64,000 nt of DNA, taken from an uncultured Desulfatitalea sp. Its GTDB lineage: Bacteria; Desulfobacterota; Desulfobacteria; Desulfobacterales; Desulfosarcinaceae. Where the stretch lies: assembly GCA_963668675.2 (NCBI GenBank), contig CAXXMB010000001.1:352001-416000 (forward strand), written 5' to 3'. The position numbers and the translations under genes were made by a program. Under the pieces are notes generated by a model. That model saw only the letters and a program-made list of their open reading frames with translations, did not search any database and was not told where the DNA came from. Position 1 is the stretch's first letter, and the number at the start of each line of letters is the position of its first letter. This document shows positions 1-10,585 of this stretch, piece by piece.

Positions 1-489
1 AATCTTGGAGAGGCGTTAAGACGGATCAACGAGGGAGCAGCGATGATCCGCACGAAAGGTGAAGCCGGAACTGGAAACATTGTAGAGGCGGTGCGTCATA
101 TGCGGGCCATCAATGAGGAGATCGAGGCCCTGAAGGGGCTCGACGAACACCAGACGATTAAACTGGCGGGAGAGATGCGTGTACCGCTCGGACTGGTTCA
201 GCAGACCCGTGAACTGGGGCGCCTAAGCGTTGTCAACTTCGCTGCCGGGGGTATTGCAACACCTGCTGACGCAGCGTTGATGATGGCATTGGGCTCGGAC
301 GGGGTTTTTGTCGGTTCCGGTGTATTCAAGTCACAGAATCCGCCCAAAATGGCCCACGCCATCGTGCAGGCCGTGATCCACTATCAGGATCCGGCAAGAC
401 TGGTGGAGATATCCAAAAATCTTGGTACGGCCATGATCGGTCTTGAAAAAGAGGCCATGGAGATCAAGATGGCGGAGCGAGGCGTTTAG
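1..489 (+). CDS. pdxS: Pyridoxal 5'-phosphate synthase lyase subunit (5'-partial)
   Basis: Frame open from base 1: [25 protein letters not shown]...[14 protein letters not shown]...GVFVGSG; followed by pdxT. Confidence 0.97.
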   Translation, partial: NLGEALRRINEGAAMIRTKGEAGTGNIVEAVRHMRAINEEIEALKGLDEHQTIKLAGEMRVPLGLVQQTRELGRLSVVNFAAGGIATPADAALMMALGSDGVFVGSGVFKSQNPPKMAHAIVQAVIHYQDPARLVEISKNLGTAMIGLEKEAMEIKMAERGV

Positions 490-560
490 CCGTCCGGCGA
501 CAAGATGAGACGGTACCATCTCAGGGGCATTGCCCGGTGGCAGGCCGAAAAGGGGGTCCT

Positions 561-1121
561 ATGAATGTCGTCGGTCTGTTGGGGTTGCAGGGCGCTTTCC
601 TGGATCACATCCCCCATTTAGAACGTTGCGGCGCACCATATCGGATCGTGAGGGACGATGAGGCGCTGGCTGCTATCGATCGGCTAATCATTCCCGGTGG
701 GGAGAGCACGGTGATGACCAAATTCCTCGAAGAGTTTGGAATGCTGAAGAGACTGGGGGTCCGAATTCGGAGCGGCATGCCGGTATGGGGGGTGTGTGCC
801 GGATCCATCCTGTTGGCGGAAGAGGTGGATGGCAGCGCGGGGACGCTGGCTGCCTTGCCGATCGCAGTGACCCGCAACGCTTACGGACGCCAGATCGCCA
901 GCGATATTCAATCCATTGACATCCCCACGCTGAAGCTTGTGCAGTACCCAGCCGTTTTCATTAGGGCCCCCCGTATTGACCGCATCGGGCCGGATGTGAC
1001 CATTCATGCCCGCAGGGGCCTTGATCCGGTGTTCGTCCAAAAGGATCGGATCATGGCCACCACATTCCATCCTGAACTCAATAGGGACGACCTTTTTCAT
1101 GATTACTTCTTAAAACTGTAA
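561..1121 (+). CDS. pdxT: PLP synthase glutaminase subunit
   Basis: LQGAF, PGGEST, GVCAG, RNAYGRQ, FIRAP and FHPEL motifs; ATG 561 chosen after a G-rich SD. Confidence 0.95.
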   Translation: MNVVGLLGLQGAFLDHIPHLERCGAPYRIVRDDEALAAIDRLIIPGGESTVMTKFLEEFGMLKRLGVRIRSGMPVWGVCAGSILLAEEVDGSAGTLAALPIAVTRNAYGRQIASDIQSIDIPTLKLVQYPAVFIRAPRIDRIGPDVTIHARRGLDPVFVQKDRIMATTFHPELNRDDLFHDYFLKL

Positions 1122-1944
1122 AGAAGAGAAGCATCAAAATCAAGCCGAGTGCAATCATGGAGCCGCACAGCAGTTGGCCCATGGAGAAGGAGAAGAAGAT
1201 AAATCCCAGATGGGCATCCGGCTCCCTGAAGAACTCGATAACGAAACGGATAACGCCGTATCCGATCAGGTAGCAGCAAAACATCACCCCGGGTGTGCGC
1301 ACGCGATGGCGCAAAGACCATAAAATCAGAAAGAGAAGGATGCCCTCGCCGAAGGCCTCATAGAGTTGGGAGGGATGACGCAAGGCCGCCCCTTCAGCAT
1401 TGGGGAAATGCATGCCGATCGGAGCTGTGGTGACCCGCCCCCACAGTTCCCCGTTGAGAAAATTGCCGATGCGCCCAAAGGTGTATCCTGCCGCGCCGCA
1501 AGGCGCCAGCAGATCTAATGCCTTCCATGCCCCCAGACGATATTTATGTGTATACCACCACAATCCCATGAGTGTACCAATCAAGCCGCCATGATAGGAC
1601 ATCCCGGAGATTCCGGTAAACCGGATGCCGTTTTGGAACTGGAATGGCAGGATGATCTCGAGGGGGTGGCCGGCATAGTAGGCCATGTTATAGAACAGCA
1701 CATACCCCAGACGCGCACCGACGATTAGACCGATGATCATGGTCGTCATCAATCCCTGCAGGTGATCGATGGACACGTCCCATCCTCTTTCATTTTTCAG
1801 GCGGTAGCGGGCCAGCAGGTAGGTCGTGCCGAAAGCCACCAGATACATGAGGCCGTAGTACTGCAATCGAAAGCTGCCGATTTGAAAGATAACAGGGTCG
1901 ATGTGTGCGGGCAGATGCTGCCACCAATCCCAAAATGCGTTCAT
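1078..1944 (-). CDS. lgt: Prolipoprotein diacylglyceryl transferase
   Basis: YYGLMY, GARLGYVLFY, GMSYHGG, GRIGNFLNGELWGR, HPSQLYE, EFFREPD. Confidence 0.97.
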   Translation of the reverse strand: MNAFWDWWQHLPAHIDPVIFQIGSFRLQYYGLMYLVAFGTTYLLARYRLKNERGWDVSIDHLQGLMTTMIIGLIVGARLGYVLFYNMAYYAGHPLEIILPFQFQNGIRFTGISGMSYHGGLIGTLMGLWWYTHKYRLGAWKALDLLAPCGAAGYTFGRIGNFLNGELWGRVTTAPIGMHFPNAEGAALRHPSQLYEAFGEGILLFLILWSLRHRVRTPGVMFCCYLIGYGVIRFVIEFFREPDAHLGFIFFSFSMGQLLCGSMIALGLILMLLFFTVLRSNHEKGRPY

Positions 1945-1980
1945 GCTGATTTATCTCCAAAGAAACGCTTTAAGTGTAAC

Positions 1981-2140
1981 GTCAATGTCATTAACTTAAG
2001 CGGACGCAACGGGCGGGCATAAAGCCCGCCCCTGCGGAATTTGAATAGAAATACATTCTGTTACCATACACGAACCGTGTAGGGGCGGGCTTTATGCCCG
2101 CCCGGGTCGGTAGCTTAAAACGTTAAACTAACGACATTGA
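1981..2140. repeat. REPIN-like inverted REP doublet (REPs at 2011-2035 and 2079-2103)
   Basis: GGGCGGGC-ATAAA-GCCCGCCC-CTGC ... GTAG-GGGCGGGC-TTTAT-GCCCGCCC, 43-nt spacer, partly complementary outer flanks. Confidence 0.85.
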
Positions 2141-2249
2141 GTGTAAAGTGTAAAGTATAAAGTCAAGCTGTTCTGTCGATTTTATCCATACCGACTCTGC
2201 ACTCTGTATCTGTTTTCGCGGTTGTTTGCGCTAAAGATTTCAAAATTCG

Positions 2250-4787
2250 CTACAGCGGCCTCCCGATCTGAATCAGAAAGACGGGACCATCCTGGTCCAG
2301 TCCGTCAGGTTGCATCAGGGGCCAGGCCAGGCCAACGCGGAAGCGTGCCATGATACCCCAGGCAATCTCCATTCCCATGATGAGCTCGAAACCTGCCCCG
2401 ACCAGCAGGTCTTCACTCGCCGGTCGATCGTCGGCGATACCGGCATCGGCAAATGTACCCAGGTGGATATTGTGAAGAAACAGCGGAAGGGTTTTGTAGC
2501 CGGTCTGTAGTCTGAACAGGGGCCAGAAGATCTCTAAGCCGCCGGAAGCGGCCTGCTCGGCTTCAAGGGCGTTGTTGTCGAAGCCACGCAGAAAGAAAAG
2601 GCGCGTAGGCCTTTGGGTGAAAAACCCTTCTCCCGTGTTCCCCCCGATACGAAACGTATTGTGTCCCTCCTTGATATCTCCCCATGTCTTTCCGGCCTGG
2701 AGGGTCATGACGGTGTTGATCCGTTCTCCGAAGCGATAGACGATTTCCCCGTACAAGGATTGGCTCTCTTCGGTAAAAAGATCCAGCGTCAGCGATGTTC
2801 GCAGCTGAGTTGACGCATATCGGTGGCTGATCGATCCCCACCATTCGTTATCAGACTGGCTTCGATGGTTCCTTGGGGCATAGTGACGCCAATTGGCGGA
2901 GAATTCCAATGCTTTGAATTTCGCGGGTGACCATCCCAGTTTGCTGTCCTGGCGTATTTCATTAACGCCTGTACCAAGCAGGGTTGTATAGCTGAAAGGA
3001 TAGTGCGAGGTGCGCAGATGCCAATTGTTAAGCTTGGTGCCGAGACGCCATGAAAACAGCGCGTCGTCTGTAGAGTAGCGGACACCGGCATCCCAGGCGT
3101 ATCTGCCAGTAACATCGCGTCCTGTGGTGGCCAGACCGACCTGGAAACTCTCTTCGTCGATGAAAATATCCGGTGAGATGTAGTTGGGCCAGATACTCCC
3201 AAAAGGCGAATAGGGACGGCTTTTCCCGGCGATATCGGTTTCGCCGTCGGACCCTCCTGTTGGCTTTTCACGAACAGGTTCAAGCAGCGTCCGCATATCA
3301 AGTGGGGCGGCATTTTCGAGGTTCAGGTCGGCCATCCGCCAACCCGTAGAGCCGAGTAGAAGATAGCGGTCGCCCCTCGGCAGAATTGCTGCTGTATGAT
3401 CGAACGTCAATTGTTGCATGGTATGGGTGTGGATTTGAAAGCGGCCACTTCTGTTTGAAGCAAAGAGCAGTTTGCCTTTGGAGAGCCAGGGATCCATTTC
3501 GATACTCGGTGCGTTCGTGATGCGGTGCCACGAACCATCAAACAGCCAGATGTCCCAGTTGCCATCGATGTTGCCGGATACTGCGATACGGCCGAACTCA
3601 TCCATCACCGGGCCGGAAAGTTGGATTGTCCCGGGCGGCGCGACCACCAGCTTCGGTTCAAGTCGCTTTTCTTTACGATCGCCGGAACAGTATTCCGGAT
3701 AGATGAGGAGAAAAGGGATACCCCCCCGGCGCGTTACGGCAACTCCGCCAGGCCCTGGATCCCATGCGTGTTCATATTTTGCCGTATCAACGCTGTCGCC
3801 GCGTTGTGACTTCAACCGGGAGATGTCATTGGTGTCATATGCACTGAGCCACAACCGGCCCTGCGGACCCACGACACCATATCGTCCTCTATGGACATTG
3901 CTTAACTTGCCCGGATAGACGCCCGCATCGTTCCAGAAGATAAAAGGATCGTGCCAGTAGCCTGTAATGGGCTGCCCGTGTGTGTTGACGGCTCTCTCTT
4001 CCATCTCCATTCGAAATTCACCCCATAGTTGGCTCCAGTTTTTACCGTAAACTGCTTCTGCCTCCAGGTCGATTTCGAACGGAACGATGCCGGCGCCATG
4101 CAGGGTTAAGACGGTATGAAGTTTTTGCCATCCATAGCGCCTGTCCAGCCATCTGATAAAGGGCCTTCCATAGATGCGGTGGGAGAATCTGCCCGGCCAT
4201 ACTTCAGGATGGTTGCTCACTTTATCGATATCGGGAAAGGGGCCTGTTTTGAGAATGGTGTCGGCAAGAGGGGTCGATACCCGTTTATGATTGAATTTTT
4301 CAAACAATAGAAATCCGATGCCTTCGATACCCCAGTCCGGTAAAATCAGATTGGGGGAGATGATTTCACCGAAGAGGTTGTGGACTGCTCCTGGAATGCC
4401 CGATCTTAAGCTGTATATGCCCTGGGCGCTCAATCCCATGAAGAGAAAAAAGCGCCAAGGGTGAGGTTCGAAACTGCCATCTTCCAATATGCCGGGCGCT
4501 CTGAGAGGAATTCGGATCTCCCTATGGGGGTACATGGTGGCCCGGGCTTTGGGCCGATCCAAGCGGTCGTCTACAACGATGTGCAGCGGCTTTTTGATGG
4601 GTAACCCCTGCTCGGCCAGATATGCCGATGCAGGGCCGCACTCGGAGAGCAGTTCCGAAGCGAGGCGCTCGTGTCCTTTCGGAAAATATATGAAGAAGTG
4701 ATCTTTTTCGATCACTTCCAAGGCCAATGCCGGGCGGTATAGAAGGAGCAGGGCAATCAGTGCTATCGTACGGGTCAAGAGTGGCAT
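2250..4787 (-). CDS. Outer-membrane protein: peptidase-like N-domain + PD40/TolB-like propeller + Omp85/BamA-like barrel
   Basis: Signal peptide MPLLTRTIALIALLLLYRPALA; PNLILPDWGIEG; GNWDIWL..ITNAPSIEMDPW..FASNRSGRFQI (PD40); LRGF, FADAG, VGAGFEL barrel motifs. Confidence 0.7.
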   Translation of the reverse strand: MPLLTRTIALIALLLLYRPALALEVIEKDHFFIYFPKGHERLASELLSECGPASAYLAEQGLPIKKPLHIVVDDRLDRPKARATMYPHREIRIPLRAPGILEDGSFEPHPWRFFLFMGLSAQGIYSLRSGIPGAVHNLFGEIISPNLILPDWGIEGIGFLLFEKFNHKRVSTPLADTILKTGPFPDIDKVSNHPEVWPGRFSHRIYGRPFIRWLDRRYGWQKLHTVLTLHGAGIVPFEIDLEAEAVYGKNWSQLWGEFRMEMEERAVNTHGQPITGYWHDPFIFWNDAGVYPGKLSNVHRGRYGVVGPQGRLWLSAYDTNDISRLKSQRGDSVDTAKYEHAWDPGPGGVAVTRRGGIPFLLIYPEYCSGDRKEKRLEPKLVVAPPGTIQLSGPVMDEFGRIAVSGNIDGNWDIWLFDGSWHRITNAPSIEMDPWLSKGKLLFASNRSGRFQIHTHTMQQLTFDHTAAILPRGDRYLLLGSTGWRMADLNLENAAPLDMRTLLEPVREKPTGGSDGETDIAGKSRPYSPFGSIWPNYISPDIFIDEESFQVGLATTGRDVTGRYAWDAGVRYSTDDALFSWRLGTKLNNWHLRTSHYPFSYTTLLGTGVNEIRQDSKLGWSPAKFKALEFSANWRHYAPRNHRSQSDNEWWGSISHRYASTQLRTSLTLDLFTEESQSLYGEIVYRFGERINTVMTLQAGKTWGDIKEGHNTFRIGGNTGEGFFTQRPTRLFFLRGFDNNALEAEQAASGGLEIFWPLFRLQTGYKTLPLFLHNIHLGTFADAGIADDRPASEDLLVGAGFELIMGMEIAWGIMARFRVGLAWPLMQPDGLDQDGPVFLIQIGRPL

Positions 4788-5042
4788 GTTACGTCGCGAC
4801 ACCTTCGCATGATGAAATGAGAGCATTGCGAACCAGTGTAGCGGCAAAAAAAGGAAAAGTAAAACAGTGAGGGCCGAATTAGGCAGATCCCTGAAGGGTA
4901 AATTGGCCCCCCTCATTCCCCGCACTCGAGATGCACGGCATGTGCGCAAAAAAGGTGCATTTCTGGCAAAGCGTGCAATTTTTTTCCAGGTCCATCGGTT
5001 GTGAATATTGGAAATCTAATAAAATACAAATAGATGAGTTTG

Positions 5043-5057
5043 TGGCATGTCTATTGC
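5043..5057 (+). promoter_or_regulatory. sigma54 -24/-12 promoter
   Basis: TGGCATGTCTATTGC (GG-N10-GC) about 100 nt upstream of the PilZ gene. Confidence 0.7.
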
Positions 5058-5157
5058 TGATAACATTCAGCATCCTGTTTGCGCCGACTCACTTTCCGAG
5101 TGTCAATTGGGGTAGACAGGCAACCTCTCGCAGTCGTATCAGCTTCCGCAAAATCAA

Positions 5158-5619
5158 ATGACATATGGTGGAAAGGAAAAGGGCCAATTGGAAAACATCT
5201 CTGAGGACAACCGCCGTAAAGAATCACGCACGCTGGTCGATGATAATGTCTATGTCGTGATCGATACAACACCCGAGATGATGGGCCAGATGGTCGAGAT
5301 CAGTTCAACCGGTATGGCATTCACCTTCGTCGATCTGGATGCGGTCTCCAGCCGGCTCAGCGGTCGCCGCGACCTGCGTATGGATCTGTTTGCTGCCGGC
5401 AAGGGCTATTTCATACGCGACCTTCCGGCCAGACTGGTTTCCACCATCGAGACCGCAGGCCATGGTTCCTTCGACAAGACGCGACAAGGATCAATTGCTT
5501 CGATCATGATCAAGAGGATCGGTGTTGAGTTCGGTTCACTCTCCCTTTCCCAGCAGGTACAGATTAACTCTCTGATCCGTCGCCAGAACGAGGCGGCGGC
5601 GTCAGCAATGCAATCCTAA
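5158..5619 (+). CDS. Stand-alone PilZ-domain protein (putative c-di-GMP receptor)
   Basis: NRRKESR (RxxxR), EISSTG (D/NxSxxG variant), IGVEF; exact start uncertain. Confidence 0.75.
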   Translation: MTYGGKEKGQLENISEDNRRKESRTLVDDNVYVVIDTTPEMMGQMVEISSTGMAFTFVDLDAVSSRLSGRRDLRMDLFAAGKGYFIRDLPARLVSTIETAGHGSFDKTRQGSIASIMIKRIGVEFGSLSLSQQVQINSLIRRQNEAAASAMQS

Positions 5620-5837
5620 AACAATAACTGTTGCGGCTTCCCGATTTAAAGGGGCGTCCATCCTCCTCAAAATCCATCCATAGGCCATCCCTCCATCTGC
5701 TTATTACCCATTTTTTGATGTGCCATGCGTCAGAGGCTCCCGTCGACATACGGCGGTGATACCGATGATGTTGATTTGCTTCCAGGCAAGGTACAAATAT
5801 TGTTTGATATTTATGAATACCGCCATCCATCTTTTGT

Positions 5838-5867
5838 TTGACAATAAGTCAGCCTTTATTCTATAAA
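5838..5867 (+). promoter_or_regulatory. Putative sigma70 promoter of the MCP locus
   Basis: TTGACA-N18-TATAAA in an AT-rich intergenic region. Confidence 0.45.
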
Positions 5868-6192
5868 TCAACGTTAATGCATATAATTCTTAGCATTTTA
5901 CATTCACAGACGGCAGATCCGATTTTCTGTGAACAAACCCCAATTGAGTTAAAGATCTTTGGGGGGGGAACCGATAATTGAAGAGGTACTTATGAAATGT
6001 TTAATCAAGCTTCCCTTGTGCGCACTCATGCACCGGGGGGGGAAGGGCCCGAAGGGGGGCAGGCGGTGCGAACCGATCCCATAAAGATGGGGTGGCACTC
6101 CAAATTGATTGCCTATAACTATATTGGAACGAGAAATTGGATGGTAATTGCCCGGGAATTATTTCGGCAACTACGGACAGGAGGCAAGGCAT

Positions 6193-8715
6193 ATGTGGGA
6201 TAAGATTAGATCACTGGGGTTGAGGCCCAAAATGGCAGCGCAGATCCTTTTTGTCGCTATTTTGGCGCTTTTTCTATCCATTGCCTATATCGGTTATAAT
6301 GCGCGCAAAAGTGCGTTGAGTCAGGCTGAAGAGGCGGCCCGGGAGGTCTCCCGCCACTGGGCCACTGTGGTTCAGGCTGATATGCAGGTCGCAATGGATA
6401 CGGCGCGAACACTCGCCCAGGCCTTGCAGGGTATGAAAAACCGCGGCGTGCCGGATCGGGGCGCGATCAACGCCATTCTGAAGAACATCTTGGAAGAGTA
6501 TCCTAACTTTGTGGCCGTCTGGACCTGTTGGGAGCCCAATGCACTGGACAACAAAGACAAGGTCTTTGCCAATGCCGCGGGCCACGATCAAACAGGCCGT
6601 TTCATCCCCTATTGGAACCGCCTCACCGGTCTGCCATCCGTTCAACCGCTTCAGGAATACAACACCCCCGGCCAGGGAGATTACTACCTGACACCGCTGA
6701 CCACAGGTCGGGAAATTATTTTCGACCCCTCCGTTTTTGAAATCAACGGCGAGCAGCAGTTTAAAACCGTTATTGCCGCGCCGATCCGGTTCAAGGATGA
6801 AATCGTCGGCGTCGTCGGAATCGACATTCCCCTGAAATCCTTCGAGGCCATCATCAAGCGCGTGAGATTCTATGAGGATGGATACGGCTTCATGATCGCC
6901 AACAACGGCGTCTTCGCCGCCCATCCGACCCGCTGGAGTAATGTGGGCAAGCATATGGATTTTTTCGAATTTACCCAGGAGAGCGTGCAGGCGGTTAAGA
7001 ACGGGCTCGAGGCAACTGAGAGAAAGCTTTCCAAAACATCGGGACAGGTGGCTTTCTACGCCTTCTCACCGATTCAGATTGGATTTTCCGACAAGCCCTG
7101 GAGTCTGGCCACCAATATCCCCGAAAAGACCATTACGGCCGCTGCGCAAAAACTCACCATCCAGGCGAGTGTCATCGGTCTGCTGGCCATCTTGATATTG
7201 GCCGGTGTCGTCTGGTTGCTGGTTGGTAATATTACACGTCCGGTTCTCGGCATGGCCAACACGATTCGCCAGGTTGCCCGGGAACGCGATTTGACCCTCG
7301 ACGTATCGGTCACCTCCAAAGATGAGATCGGCATGATGGGTCGAGAGTTCAACAACATGATGAAAGCGCTGCGCGACTCGTTCGGCATGGTGGAAGATGC
7401 TGCCAAGGGCGTGAACAGCCAATCGGGCGAAGTGGCCAAGCGTGCTACGGCGAACCGGGACCGTGCCGAACAGGAAGAGAAACAGATGACCTCGGTGCTC
7501 GAGACCGTGGCACAGATGGGCGAAACCGCCAGTCAGGTCCAACAGGCATCGAACAGCCAGGCCGAGGCGGCTAACAAGTCATTCGAGAGGCTGGCCCAAT
7601 TGATCGAAGAGATGAAGCAGATGGATGAGGCCAGCAGCGAGCAGATCCAAGAGGCCAGCGTGGCCACCGAGCGTGTGGCCGCTATGGGTGAAACCGCCGG
7701 CCGGGTAACCGGTATTGCCCAGCGCCAGAGTGAACAGGTGCTGCAGGTGACAGATTCGATGCGCCAGATTGCCAAGTCGGTGGAGGAGATGACAAGGGCC
7801 GCCAACCGTGCCACCGAACAAGGCCGCATGGTGCTCGATGCCGCCGAAGAGGGACGAAATACAGTTGACGCCACCGTTCAAGGTATGCAGGCCATTAAGG
7901 GATCATCGGAACAGATCGCCGACATCATCAGCGTGATCACTGAAATCGCGGAGCAAACCAACTTGCTGGCCCTGAACGCCGCCATTGAGGCTGCGCGAGC
8001 AGGTGTCCACGGACGCGGTTTTGCGGTCGTTGCCGACGAAGTTGGTAAACTGGCCCAGCGCTCTTCCGAAGCGGCCAAGGAGATTACCCAGTTGATTAAA
8101 GACTCTACCAGTAAGGTAGAGGAGGGAACACGTCTGACCGACCGCTCCCAGGGTGCGCTGCACAAGATTGCCCAGGGTGGTGAAATCAATATGCGTGCTA
8201 TTGAAGAGATTGCCCGCGCTTCCGATCTGCTGGCGGAGAACACCTCTGAGGTCAACAAGCTGGTTGAAGACTTGAGCCGGTTGGCCCAGGAGATTGCCGG
8301 CATGGCTGGACAACAGGGGCAGCGGCGGGAAGCAGCCCAGAAGGCGCTTGCCGCGCTGGTTGAAAAAGCCAACGGCATTTCCGAACAGGTGGCCAAGGCC
8401 ACCGAGCGCTCCAATGCAGCCGGCGATGAGATGCGTGCCATCGTTCAGCGCTCGGAACAGGTGAAGAATATGACCGAAGCCCAGACCGGTCGGTCTCAAC
8501 AGTTGCGCGAAGTGACCGGTGAGTCGGCGGAGCGCGCCAAACAGACCGCTTCCGGCGCTGGTCAGGTCGTGGGTATTACCTTGGAGATGCAGCGGCTCTC
8601 CGCCAACCTGACCCGTCAGGTGGCGCAGTTCAAGATTCGCAAAGGAGAAGTCATCGAAGGTTTGGATCTTGTGGGCAGCAGCAACCCGGCCGCCCAGGAA
8701 AATCCGGGCGAGTAG
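6193..8715 (+). CDS. Methyl-accepting chemotaxis protein (dCache, HAMP, very long signalling domain)
   Basis: TM1; GRFIPYW/DYYL/VGVVGID Cache motifs; TM2; [43 protein letters not shown] 6193 after GGAGG. Confidence 0.95.
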   Translation: MWDKIRSLGLRPKMAAQILFVAILALFLSIAYIGYNARKSALSQAEEAAREVSRHWATVVQADMQVAMDTARTLAQALQGMKNRGVPDRGAINAILKNILEEYPNFVAVWTCWEPNALDNKDKVFANAAGHDQTGRFIPYWNRLTGLPSVQPLQEYNTPGQGDYYLTPLTTGREIIFDPSVFEINGEQQFKTVIAAPIRFKDEIVGVVGIDIPLKSFEAIIKRVRFYEDGYGFMIANNGVFAAHPTRWSNVGKHMDFFEFTQESVQAVKNGLEATERKLSKTSGQVAFYAFSPIQIGFSDKPWSLATNIPEKTITAAAQKLTIQASVIGLLAILILAGVVWLLVGNITRPVLGMANTIRQVARERDLTLDVSVTSKDEIGMMGREFNNMMKALRDSFGMVEDAAKGVNSQSGEVAKRATANRDRAEQEEKQMTSVLETVAQMGETASQVQQASNSQAEAANKSFERLAQLIEEMKQMDEASSEQIQEASVATERVAAMGETAGRVTGIAQRQSEQVLQVTDSMRQIAKSVEEMTRAANRATEQGRMVLDAAEEGRNTVDATVQGMQAIKGSSEQIADIISVITEIAEQTNLLALNAAIEAARAGVHGRGFAVVADEVGKLAQRSSEAAKEITQLIKDSTSKVEEGTRLTDRSQGALHKIAQGGEINMRAIEEIARASDLLAENTSEVNKLVEDLSRLAQEIAGMAGQQGQRREAAQKALAALVEKANGISEQVAKATERSNAAGDEMRAIVQRSEQVKNMTEAQTGRSQQLREVTGESAERAKQTASGAGQVVGITLEMQRLSANLTRQVAQFKIRKGEVIEGLDLVGSSNPAAQENPGE

Positions 8716-8737
8716 TATTAAATGGGATCACCAGAAG

Positions 8738-8784
8738 AAGGGTATCGTGCCAGGAACCCTCAAGTGGCACGATACCCTTATTTG
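8738..8784 (+). terminator. 15-bp stem-loop between MCP and cheW
   Basis: AAGGGTATCGTGCCA-N12-TGGCACGATACCCTT then ATTTG; weak U tail. Confidence 0.5.
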
Positions 8785-8796
8785 AATTGAGAACTT

Positions 8797-9273
8797 ATGG
8801 CGCTGATTATAGACCAGGAAAATATCGTCCAGCTCATTGGCTTTAATGTTGGCCCGAAATTGCTTGGTGCGGACATACTGACCATTCGTGAAATTTTGCG
8901 TGAGCCGTCGATTGGTGAGGCGGTTGGAGCGCCTTCTTTTGTTGCAGGCATCGTAAAACTCAGGGGGCAGGTGATTCCCATTGTCGATTTGGGATTCGTC
9001 ATCGGGATTACCAGCGAGGATAAGGGGTTGGACAAATCATGGGTGTTGGTCGTCCAGGCCGGCGAGCATCTGGTGGGCTATCGGATTGATTCGGTGACTC
9101 CGATTCTCAGAGTAGAGGAGAATACGATTCTGCCGGCCCCTGATATTATTGTGTCTGGTTTGCGAAGCAAATATATTCGAGGTGTGTGTGAAACCGAAAA
9201 GGGACTACTGGTGGTTGTCGACCTTGAATATATACTTGATGATGATGAGGTCAAAGCCTTGGAGCGGATGTAA
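8797..9273 (+). CDS. cheW: Chemotaxis coupling protein CheW
   Basis: QLIGF, GIVKLRGQVIPIVDL, VGYRIDSV; adjacent to MCP. Confidence 0.9.
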   Translation: MALIIDQENIVQLIGFNVGPKLLGADILTIREILREPSIGEAVGAPSFVAGIVKLRGQVIPIVDLGFVIGITSEDKGLDKSWVLVVQAGEHLVGYRIDSVTPILRVEENTILPAPDIIVSGLRSKYIRGVCETEKGLLVVVDLEYILDDDEVKALERM

Positions 9274-9352
9274 ATCCGTTGAAAATCAAGGTGGTGGTGA
9301 ATGTGGCTTCCTGATTGCGACTGACTGCTAATACGTCTGGATATGGCCGCTG

Positions 9353-10045
9353 ATGAAAAATGGATTGCCTTATATTCGCCGCTGGATGTGGCTTCTTCTA
9401 CTGATAGTCATCATTACTGTTACTGCAGCTTTTACTTTCGTATACAATGAAATTTCAAATACCCTGGATGTACAACTTCTCGAGGTCCAGGCTTCCCATC
9501 GTGTTGATCAAAAAACGGATATTGAAATATCTGGCATCAAACTGCGCATTTTTTCACTACTCACAGGCGGCCTCTTAACAATTCTGCTTTTGTCCATTCT
9601 ATGGCTGAGATTCACGTTGCACCAAATCAATCGTCCGATTCAAAAATTGCAGCGTTCCGTATCTCATCTGGCACAGGGGAAATTGAATGAGACGGTGGAT
9701 ATCAACAGTACCGACGAGTTTGGGCAGATTGGGGCGGGCATCAATGAGCTTGCCGCAAACTTGCAGGAGCTCTTGCTGTACATATGGAAACAGACAGGCC
9801 AGTGCATGGCCATTGTCGAGCAGATCAATGCAACTAGCGGAAAGAATCAAAGTGAAACTCAGGTAAAGCACTTTAATGCACAGATAAAGCAATTGAGTGA
9901 ATCGATCGAAAATCTCCGGGAAATGGCAAAAGCCTACGTTTTTTTTGATGTACGTCTGGAAGGAGAAAAAGCGCTCGCCATCAACCATCCTGGTAGAAAG
10001 GAGCCACCTGGCGCTCCCTTAATAGAAGACGAAACATCGCCTTAA
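9353..10045 (+). CDS. 2-TM HAMP-domain protein (MCP-like, lacking the signalling hairpin)
   Basis: Two hydrophobic helices; RPIQKL..LAQGKL..STDEFGQI HAMP; short coiled coil. Confidence 0.7.
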   Translation: MKNGLPYIRRWMWLLLLIVIITVTAAFTFVYNEISNTLDVQLLEVQASHRVDQKTDIEISGIKLRIFSLLTGGLLTILLLSILWLRFTLHQINRPIQKLQRSVSHLAQGKLNETVDINSTDEFGQIGAGINELAANLQELLLYIWKQTGQCMAIVEQINATSGKNQSETQVKHFNAQIKQLSESIENLREMAKAYVFFDVRLEGEKALAINHPGRKEPPGAPLIEDETSP

Positions 10046-10234
10046 CGGTATCACTTGTTTTAGGCTGCAAATCGTGTCATGGGTTGGCAGTATACTTTTG
10101 TGCAATTGAGGTGTTCTGAGTTATTCGAACATTACATCATTAACGAAAAAAGAGTGATGTCGGTTGGCATAGAACAAGCCTATAGACCAAGGACGCCTAT
10201 ATCATAAACCCCGCAACCATAAACAACAACAAAT

Positions 10235-10298
10235 GTCATTCCGGTGAAAGCCGGAATCCAGGAATTTGCTGGATCCCGGATCCAGTCCGGGATGACGG
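10235..10298. repeat. GTCATTCCGG/CCGGGATGAC-type intergenic palindromic element
   Basis: GTCATTCCGGTGAAAGCCGGAATCCAG..CTGGATCCCGGATCCAGTCCGGGATGACGG; related copies at 46803 and 50136. Confidence 0.7.
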
Positions 10299-10331
10299 AG
10301 GTTGGCCTCTTTACTTGCCGGTTTAATAAAA

Positions 10332-10347
10332 CGGCATATATATTGCA
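10332..10347 (+). promoter_or_regulatory. sigma54 -24/-12 promoter
   Basis: CGGCATATATATTGCA (GG-N10-GC). Confidence 0.6.
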
Positions 10348-10585
10348 TTAATTTTGTGAGGTTATATATGGGCATAAGGCCCTGATGTTGAATTAATTGA
10401 ATCGCATGACATAGACCATCATGCCACACATCCATTTGCGCCTTTTGCAGTTCAACACTTGCCATCGATAGAGGCCGAATGAAGTATAGGCGCTGATAAC
10501 GCAACTCATGCCGTTGGTGATGGTCTACGCCGCAGGTGGCTGGGAAAAGTATCTGTTGCCTGCACCTTTAACTGTGGAGGTTCGC

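Noticed and set aside
5961..6084. G8 tracts, a hairpin and a ~30-codon uORF in the MCP leader as phase variation or a riboswitch
   Set aside because: Tracts are short and outside a supported CDS; no match to a riboswitch consensus I recognise
10165..10179. Additional sigma54 box TGGCATAGAACAAGC
   Set aside because: The -12 element lacks TTGC, and a better box lies at 10332
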